12,382 nucleotides of DNA. Origin: an uncultured Pseudomonadota bacterium (GTDB lineage: Bacteria > BMS3Abin14). The notes below the pieces were generated by a model. It had not been told where the DNA came from. It was given only the letters and a program-made list of their open reading frames with translations, and did no database searches. This document shows, piece by piece, positions 6,338 through 12,382 of this stretch; position 1 is the stretch's first letter, and the number at the start of each line of letters is the position of its first letter. The stretch lies in the NCBI GenBank assembly GCA_964454175.1, contig CAYVSA010000037.1, positions 1 to 12,382 on the forward strand, given 5' to 3'. The position numbers were made by a program, and so were the translations under genes.

Positions 6338-7057
6338 TCACACGGTGCCGATGGTGCTCTTTCTGAGAGTAACAAGGGCGTTTTTTACGAAATTCTCTAT
6401 CTTGTTTCTCTCAACTTTATCCAGGTCCTGGAAGTCTACCCCAACTCCCATATGACCCTTCCCTGATACGCTGGCAGACCACTGAACTGTAACTTCGGCT
6501 GTAACGGGGTGGTCAGTGCCGGGTACAGAAAAGTTGACGTCGAATCTGGATCCGGGGTCCGGGGGTATGCCCATTTTGATGAAAGCCCCGCCTGCGGATA
6601 TGTTGGTAATGACCGTCTCGAGACTCGTGTCGCCGACCTTTATGTCACACTCGATCTCTGTCGGAACCCTCTTGTGGTCCCGTTGGGCCACCACGAGGAG
6701 CTCTTCAACCGCGGCCAGGAACGCTTCTTTACTCAGAGGTTTGTAGAGGAACCCCTCGCAACCTGCTTCGGCGCACCTTTCAAGGGCTTCATCGTTCCTG
6801 TTGGATGTGATTATAAGGACAGGAATGGCCGCAGTCTCAGGGTCCTCTTTCAGCCTGGCGCAGACCTCATCGCCGTTCATGTCGGGCATATACAGGTCAA
6901 GCAGAATGAGGTCAGGCATTACCGATCGTGCTGTTTTAAGAGCGTCTATCCCTGATGTGGCGGTGTGGATCTCAAAGGTTTCCCGAGTGAGGAAGGACTG
7001 TTCCATGCTGAGAAACAGTGCAGCATCGTCTACCAGGAGCAGTTTCGTTTTGATCAA
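6338..7057 (-). CDS. Response regulator receiver domain fused to a PilZ (c-di-GMP-binding) domain
   Basis: REC motifs LLLVDD, LILLDLYMPDMNG (phospho-Asp), IITS, FLYKP. PilZ motifs RDHKR (RxxxR) and NISAGG (D/NxSxxG). Start placed at TTG 7057 because AGGGGA lies just upstream and the REC domain begins there; the ORF track extends to 7108. Confidence 0.9.
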   Translation of the reverse strand: MIKTKLLLVDDAALFLSMEQSFLTRETFEIHTATSGIDALKTARSVMPDLILLDLYMPDMNGDEVCARLKEDPETAAIPVLIITSNRNDEALERCAEAGCEGFLYKPLSKEAFLAAVEELLVVAQRDHKRVPTEIECDIKVGDTSLETVITNISAGGAFIKMGIPPDPGSRFDVNFSVPGTDHPVTAEVTVQWSASVSGKGHMGVGVDFQDLDKVERNKIENFVKNALVTLRKSTIGTV

Positions 7058-7188
7058 TTGGTGTCCCCTGCCGTTGGTCTGGTGTTCGTGAACCATGTCC
7101 CGCATCATGCCTGAATGTTTTCAGAAAAGAACAAGGCCAGCGGAACTGGTATGTAACAAAGCCTACAGAAAGTATACATTCAATGAGA

Positions 7189-7204
7189 GGAGGTGGCCAC
7201 CTCC
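7189..7204. promoter_or_regulatory. Perfect 16-bp palindrome GGAGGTGGCCACCTCC (hairpin or protein-binding site)
   Basis: Self-complementary sequence read directly, 37 nt downstream of the amidohydrolase stop on the - strand; no clear U-tract on either strand. Confidence 0.4.
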
Positions 7205-7241
7205 CTGGATAATAATGCCTGGTGATGGTTTATCAGCTGGA

Positions 7242-8369
7242 TCATGGGTTTGACGGATCAAGGCCTTCGGAAAATAAAGACGCCGCGTTGGCGTAGGCGA
7301 TCTTCTCAGCGGCCTTTCGATCCAGAGTTCCCAGCAGTCTTCTCACAGCTTTGATCTCGTCAAGGTACCGGGATGTTGTGAACCTGCCGACCCGGCCGAA
7401 CTTGGCGTCGGTCCCCACCATGAAGCGGTCAGGCATCAGTTCGAAAAGCTTTGCCCAGTCTTCATATATTTCCCCGTTCCTGTTCACGGTCGGCTCAAGA
7501 TTTCTCCATTTACGGTGCCTCGTGAATATCTTGAAATTCATCATAACCTTCGGATAGCGTTCGAGGATGCGGCGGGCATTGACAGGATTTGTCATTCCCG
7601 TGTGGGAGATTATGATCCGCAGGTCAGGATTGCGCTTCATTATGAGCTCGATAGCCCCGAAAACTTCATCTTCCCTCGACCTGCCTTCAGGCTCAACGGG
7701 CTCTGCGTGGAGATCAAGGATTGCGCCCTTTGATGCAACCAGGTCGACAAAAGTTATAAACGGATTGAATGTGGGCGGGTATTCGATCACCATCTGGTGG
7801 CCGCTTTTTCTGAAGTGAAAAAGGCCGATCTCACCAACTCCTGAATAGTTGCCGCTCTCCAGGTCATCCCCAAGCTTATTCAGTATTTTACTCAGTTCAT
7901 TTTCCCGGTAACCTTTCCTGTAGGCCTGATGAAGCCAGTATGTGATAAAGCTGCTCCCGGTAAAAAGTTTTATGCGGCCTTTGCCGGTTTTTTCAAGGAG
8001 CAGTTTCTGCTTGATCGCGGTACTGTGGTTTGGCATTCGTCCCTCGTTGGGCGTGGGCATGAAGATGGCATATTGTACGCCCGACCTCTCGATAACCTCC
8101 ACGATCTCCCTTAGTGCCGACCTGCTGACACCACCCTTTCTGGGAGGGTCAAGGTGAACGTGGGTGTCGATGACAGGGCCGTTGTAGCTCGAGTTGAAGG
8201 GCCTGGCGGGCCTGGTCAGGTCCGTGCGTGTGTGGTCAACTACGATCCCCGGTTCCGGCAGGCTCAGTGGTTCAGGTCCTGCGGGCAGGGGACCGGCCCA
8301 GGCAAGCAGAATAGAAACAGTAACTGCGAAAAACTGAAGGTATGGATATACACTTTTGTATCTCATCAA
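7242..8369 (-). CDS. Amidohydrolase-superfamily metal-dependent hydrolase (TIM barrel) with predicted signal peptide
   Basis: IDTHVH (HxH), GVGEIG, LDLHAEP, IIISHTG and RFMVGTD motifs, C-terminal IAYANAASLF. Hydrophobic N-terminus FFAVTVSILLAWAGPLPA. Start TTG 8369 or ATG 8366. Confidence 0.85.
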   Translation of the reverse strand: MMRYKSVYPYLQFFAVTVSILLAWAGPLPAGPEPLSLPEPGIVVDHTRTDLTRPARPFNSSYNGPVIDTHVHLDPPRKGGVSRSALREIVEVIERSGVQYAIFMPTPNEGRMPNHSTAIKQKLLLEKTGKGRIKLFTGSSFITYWLHQAYRKGYRENELSKILNKLGDDLESGNYSGVGEIGLFHFRKSGHQMVIEYPPTFNPFITFVDLVASKGAILDLHAEPVEPEGRSREDEVFGAIELIMKRNPDLRIIISHTGMTNPVNARRILERYPKVMMNFKIFTRHRKWRNLEPTVNRNGEIYEDWAKLFELMPDRFMVGTDAKFGRVGRFTTSRYLDEIKAVRRLLGTLDRKAAEKIAYANAASLFSEGLDPSNP

Positions 8370-8475
8370 CGTATCCCCAGTTGAAAAGACAAAATTAAAA
8401 CCCCCTGAGTGTTCATACTTAACACGGAGGGATGAGTGAGGCCACCGCCTTTTTCAAAATGCGAGGTATATCCGG

Positions 8476-10020
8476 TCAGCGTCCCGGCCCGCCAGGCCCG
8501 GATCTTTCAGGAGCTTTCAGGAGAAAGAGGAGAGGCAGTACTAACGTGAGTAGCATTGCAATGAGCAGGAAGGCGTCATTGAAGCCGAGCATGCTGGACT
8601 GCATTACCAGCTGCCTGTATATCCCGGCATCGGGGCTGAACCCGAATGCGCCCTTGAAGGCCAGAACAGCTCCTCCTTTTGCCCGGGAAATAGCATAGGG
8701 CAGGTCAAAGGGTGTCAGGTGCTCTACGAGCCTGAACTGATGAAACTGGGCCCTTCGCGCAGCCATTGTAGTGGCAAAGGCGATGCCGATGCTGCCGCCC
8801 ATGTTGCGGATCAGGTTGTACAGGGAGGTAGCCTCACCCATGTTCGGTCTCGGGATGTGGGACAGGGTCATTGTAGTAAGCGGGATAAAGATACACGCCA
8901 TGCCGAATCCCAGGCTCACCCTTGGCCAGACGAAGGTCCAGAAATCGGTTTCAAGATTGAAAAGAGACATGTAATAGGTGGTACCGGCGCACACAGAAAC
9001 GCCCAGCGCCAGAATTCGTTTGGGGTTTACCTTGCTAATCAGTTTTCCGACGATGGGCATCGTGACGAGGCTGGCAATGCCCCCAGGGCCGAGGATCAGA
9101 CCGGCCTGCAGGGATGTGTATCCCATAAGCACCTGCAGGAAGATGGGCAGCAGAACAATGCTGCCGAAGAGGTTGAAGAATACGAAGAACATCACGATGC
9201 AGCCGCCGGTAAAACTCCGATCCTTAAAGAGCCTCAGGTTGACGATGGGGTGCTCTACGTAGAGCTCGTTTATCAGGAGGAACCCAAGAGCGATGAAGGC
9301 CAGGATTGTGATACCGCTGATAGTGGTAGACGCGAACCATTCGTTCTTCTGCCCGGTATCCAGGACGAACTGGATGGAACCCAGCCCCACTGCCAGCAGG
9401 ATGAATCCCAGGTAATCGATGGTCATCTTCTCACGTTTCAGGTACGGCGGGTCGTGGATGAGCAGAATGCTGAGGATAATGGATAATATCCCGATAGGTA
9501 TGTTTATGTAGAAGATCCAGCGCCAGCTCCAGTTGTAGGTGATCAGACCGCCAAGGAGCGGTCCCATGATGGGCCCGACCATGGCCCCCATCCCGAATAT
9601 GGCCATTGCCACGCCGTGCTCTTCCCTGGGGAAAGCCTCAAGGAGTATTGCCTGGCTGACGGGAACAAGCCCGCCGCCGCCCAGTCCCTGCATGATACGG
9701 AAAAAGATGAGGCTCTGCAGGCTCCACGCTGCACCGCACATGAAGGAGCTGATAGTGAATATGGCGATGGAGGCTATCTGGTAGCGCTTCCGCCCGAACA
9801 GCCTTGAGAACCAGCCTGACATGGGTATGACAATGGCGTTGGAGACAAGATAGGCGCTGATAGCCCAGGTGGCCTCATCGATGCCTGCAGAGAGGGAACC
9901 CCTGATGTGGTCGAGAGAAACGTTGACGATAGAAGTGTCTATGATCTCGATGAGGGTGGGCAGCATGACCGCCAGGGCAACGAGCCACTTGTTTACCTGC
10001 TTCTGGGTCTTTTCCGGCAT
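8476..10020 (-). CDS. emrB: DHA2 family MFS efflux transporter (EmrB/QacA)
   Basis: EIIDTSIVNVSL, WAISAYLVSNAI, GWFSRLFGRKR (motif A), FFRIMQGLGGG, GPIMGPLLGG, WRWIFYINIPIG and NLIRNMGGSIG; 514 aa, highly hydrophobic. The symbol is family-level. Confidence 0.95.
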   Translation of the reverse strand: MPEKTQKQVNKWLVALAVMLPTLIEIIDTSIVNVSLDHIRGSLSAGIDEATWAISAYLVSNAIVIPMSGWFSRLFGRKRYQIASIAIFTISSFMCGAAWSLQSLIFFRIMQGLGGGGLVPVSQAILLEAFPREEHGVAMAIFGMGAMVGPIMGPLLGGLITYNWSWRWIFYINIPIGILSIILSILLIHDPPYLKREKMTIDYLGFILLAVGLGSIQFVLDTGQKNEWFASTTISGITILAFIALGFLLINELYVEHPIVNLRLFKDRSFTGGCIVMFFVFFNLFGSIVLLPIFLQVLMGYTSLQAGLILGPGGIASLVTMPIVGKLISKVNPKRILALGVSVCAGTTYYMSLFNLETDFWTFVWPRVSLGFGMACIFIPLTTMTLSHIPRPNMGEATSLYNLIRNMGGSIGIAFATTMAARRAQFHQFRLVEHLTPFDLPYAISRAKGGAVLAFKGAFGFSPDAGIYRQLVMQSSMLGFNDAFLLIAMLLTLVLPLLFLLKAPERSGPGGPGR

Positions 10021-10074
10021 GGTGGTAGTCTCTTAAAACTGTCGGACAGGAACTGAGGTATGCATGCTGGAGAC

Positions 10075-11256
10075 TCAGTCGTTGACCAGGATTGTCGGGA
10101 CAACTGACATTCCAATACGGATGTACTGACGAACATCCTCCAGATTATCAAAGACGATCTTTACCGGGACACGCTGGACCACCTTTACATAATTTCCGCT
10201 GGCGTTTTCGGGCGGAAACAGGGAAAAAGCGGCCCCTGTGCCAGCCATGATGCTGTCAACCGTACCCTTGAATTTCCTGCCGGGGAGGGCGTCTATCCTC
10301 AACCTGACTTTCTGGCCCGCTTTTATACTTCCGAGCTTTGTCTCCTTGTAGTTGGCAACGATGTAGGCGTCCTCTAAAGACACAACGGACATCAATGGCT
10401 GCCCCGGCTGGACGTGGTTTCCTGCTTCCACTGATCTTCTTGTGACGAAACCCGAGACAGGAGACTTTATTTCTGTGTAGGTGAGGTTGAGCCTGGCAAG
10501 GTCAGCCTGAGCTTTACGTCGACGGGCCATCTCCTGCTGGGTCTCTATGGATACCTTGCTGCGGCGGAGAAGAGTCTCCTCTGCCTTGAGGGCCGCTCTT
10601 GCCTGCCTGATAGTGCTCCCGTGGGCATTCAGGGCTACCGTGGCCTGATCCCTGAGTCTTTTGGCGGCATTCAGGGACGCGGAAGCAGCGTCGAACTGGG
10701 TCTTTGCCCTGTCGTACTTCTCTCTGGGAATGACCCCCTTTTTCAGGAGGTTTTCCGCCCGGGCAAGGTCGATCTCAGACTGAGACCCGGCAGCGGCCCT
10801 GGAAGCGATCTCCGCCTCCCGGACAGCGACCATGGCCTCCAGTTCTTTCTTTTTAGCTCTTGCTCTGTCCAGACTGGCTGCCGCTGCGGTGATCTTCACC
10901 TTCTGCGCCTCAACCAGTATGGAAATCTCATCCACACGCCTTGCCTCGGCATTATAGGAGGCCTCTGATTCAGCCAGCTTGTGGGTGTAAACGGCTTTCT
11001 CAAGGGTAATGAGGGTACTGCCGGCTTCAACCTGCTGGTTGGTCATGACCATGACAGCCTCAACGTTACCGGGAATGCGGGAGGAGATGAGGTGGATAGC
11101 TCCCACCACGAATGCGTCGTCGGTCTTGATGTGGGTTTTAGCATAGCTTCTGATAATGAAAAGGGCGACCAGGCCGATTGACACTACAGATCCGAATATA
11201 ATGAACCCCTTGCGCTTTCTGCTGTTATTCCTGGCCTTGTTGTTTTCTTCTGCCAT
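10075..11256 (-). CDS. emrA: HlyD/EmrA family membrane fusion protein
   Basis: KTDDAFV, single N-terminal TM segment, long Ala/Lys/Arg coiled coil, YTEIKSPVSGFV, VANYKET and GAAFSLFPPENASGNYVKVVQRVPVKI. True start is ATG 11256 (MAEENNK; GGAG RBS; 1 nt after the TolC-family stop). The ORF-track extension to 11460 overlaps the upstream gene. The symbol is family-level. Confidence 0.95.
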   Translation of the reverse strand: MAEENNKARNNSRKRKGFIIFGSVVSIGLVALFIIRSYAKTHIKTDDAFVVGAIHLISSRIPGNVEAVMVMTNQQVEAGSTLITLEKAVYTHKLAESEASYNAEARRVDEISILVEAQKVKITAAAASLDRARAKKKELEAMVAVREAEIASRAAAGSQSEIDLARAENLLKKGVIPREKYDRAKTQFDAASASLNAAKRLRDQATVALNAHGSTIRQARAALKAEETLLRRSKVSIETQQEMARRRKAQADLARLNLTYTEIKSPVSGFVTRRSVEAGNHVQPGQPLMSVVSLEDAYIVANYKETKLGSIKAGQKVRLRIDALPGRKFKGTVDSIMAGTGAAFSLFPPENASGNYVKVVQRVPVKIVFDNLEDVRQYIRIGMSVVPTILVND

Positions 11257-11257
11257 T

Positions 11258-12382
11258 TTATTCCTCCGAATTCCCGGGTCGTGCCGATAAGGTCCTGCCC
11301 GAACTGGCCTGTTGATCATAGTAATCTCTAAGGTCAGTTCCTGTACCGAAAAGAAGGACTGCCTGGGCACGGTGCCTACTGTAAACTGCTCTCCAGTAAT
11401 TCTGCTCGGCCATGGCCAGAAGGGCAACCGCGTCCTGGACGCCGGATGAAGTGCCAACACCTTCTTCGTAGCTCAACTCTGCCAGGCGCAGATTCTCCTT
11501 CGCCTGGTTGACGGATTTTTTACCTACTGCGACTTTCTCATCTGCTGTACTGAGATTAAGGTACGCTTCAGTGATCTGGACCTTGACCACATCAAGCAAC
11601 CGGCTCTTTTGGGCTTCGGTGGCATTAAGCTGGGCCAAAGCCCTGGAAATTTCAGCGCTTTTTGAACCGCCGGAGTAGAGGTCAAAAGTGATGCCTGCAG
11701 TCACAGTCCAGTTGTCTTCATATACCCTGTAGCTGTTTTCCTGGAACTCATATCCCCCACTGGCAAACAGACGCGGATAGCGATCTGCTCTCAGGGCGCC
11801 AAGCCTGGATCGTGCGGCATCGACCTCGAAAGCAGCTGCTTTCAGGTCGGGCCTGTTTTTGACTGCGTCAGCAAGTGCGCTGTTGATGGATACAATTTCA
11901 GTTGATTGTTCATGGATCAGATCCTCGGGCTGAACGGGCTGGTCCAGGGGCCTTAAGGCAAGGACGTTGATCCTGGCTTCGATGGTTTCTCTGGCTGTGT
12001 CGGAAGTCAGTTTTCTCTGTATGGCATCGGCGAGTTTGACCTCCGCCTGGAGTACATCGTTTACGGTAACTACACCTTCTTCGTGGAGTGCCCTTGCATC
12101 CTTAAGATGGACCCTGAAAGCTGCAACTTCTTTTCTGGTGACCTCTGAGAGCTTACCTGCCTCAAGCAGGTTTATGTACGAGAATACGAAGTCAAAGGCA
12201 GCAAGGTTCCTGGTGCCCTCTGTCCTGTCCTTCTGGGCCGCCGCCGCTGACCTGGCTGAATCAATGGACCTGCCTGTCCTGCCGAAATCGTACAGGACTT
12301 GGCTGGCAGAGAGGCCGTAGGTGAGAAAATCCTTTTCTGACAGGGGAATGGTGCTGCCAAAGGAGGAGATGGCCAGGGGCTG
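11258..12382 (-). CDS. TolC-family outer membrane efflux protein, 5'-truncated by the window edge
   Basis: Manual translation shows the frame of ORF 11258..11704 stays open to 12382. Two OEP repeats: SQVLYDFGR...HEEGVVTVNDVLQAEVKLA and AVKNRPDLKAA...RYPRLFASGGY...ITFDLYSGG...YEEGVGTSSGVQDA. Confidence 0.93.
   Translation of the reverse strand, partial: QPLAISSFGSTIPLSEKDFLTYGLSASQVLYDFGRTGRSIDSARSAAAAQKDRTEGTRNLAAFDFVFSYINLLEAGKLSEVTRKEVAAFRVHLKDARALHEEGVVTVNDVLQAEVKLADAIQRKLTSDTARETIEARINVLALRPLDQPVQPEDLIHEQSTEIVSINSALADAVKNRPDLKAAAFEVDAARSRLGALRADRYPRLFASGGYEFQENSYRVYEDNWTVTAGITFDLYSGGSKSAEISRALAQLNATEAQKSRLLDVVKVQITEAYLNLSTADEKVAVGKKSVNQAKENLRLAELSYEEGVGTSSGVQDAVALLAMAEQNYWRAVYSRHRAQAVLLFGTGTDLRDYYDQQASSGRTLSARPGNSEE

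Noticed and set aside
8719-9486. 255-aa + strand ORF antisense to emrB, and other shadow ORFs (2754-3431, 4235-4882, 5006-5512, 6509-6955, 11967-12320)
   Set aside because: They lie wholly within well-supported genes on the opposite strand, have no recognisable motifs, and are expected from codon bias.
11257-11460. 68-aa N-terminal extension of EmrA overlapping the TolC-family gene
   Set aside because: ATG 11256 has a GGAG RBS and abuts the upstream stop; the extension has no EmrA-like character.
11258-11704. Apparent short or pseudogenised TolC-family gene (148 aa in the ORF track)
   Set aside because: The frame has no stop up to 12382; it simply lacks ATG/GTG/TTG codons in that stretch, so the gene is cut by the window edge and is not broken.

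Overview
Bacterial chromosomal window, roughly 50-55% GC. The gene content (multiheme cytochrome, PAS kinase, REC-PilZ protein) suggests an anaerobic Gram-negative organism such as a Desulfobacterota/Myxococcota-like lineage; this is inference only. The + strand carries a soluble PAS-histidine kinase with no receiver domain, a YaiI/YqxD (DUF188) protein, glnS, a secreted 15-heme c-type cytochrome built from four tandem modules (4+3+4+4 CxxCH), and a TetR regulator. The - strand, converging on these, carries a TolC-family outer membrane factor (truncated by the window edge; its frame is open well beyond the ORF-track call), EmrA/HlyD, EmrB/DHA2, a signal-peptide amidohydrolase and a REC-PilZ protein. 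The most unusual non-coding feature is a ~16% GC stretch between the cytochrome and tetR (5542-5649) made of six abutting 18-bp quasi-palindromes (TTAG-N10-CTAA) next to a TTGACA box, probably an unusually large TetR operator array. No rRNA, tRNA, CRISPR array or transposase was seen. A new system is not demonstrated; the best candidates are the modular orphan cytochrome and the operator array with its TetR.
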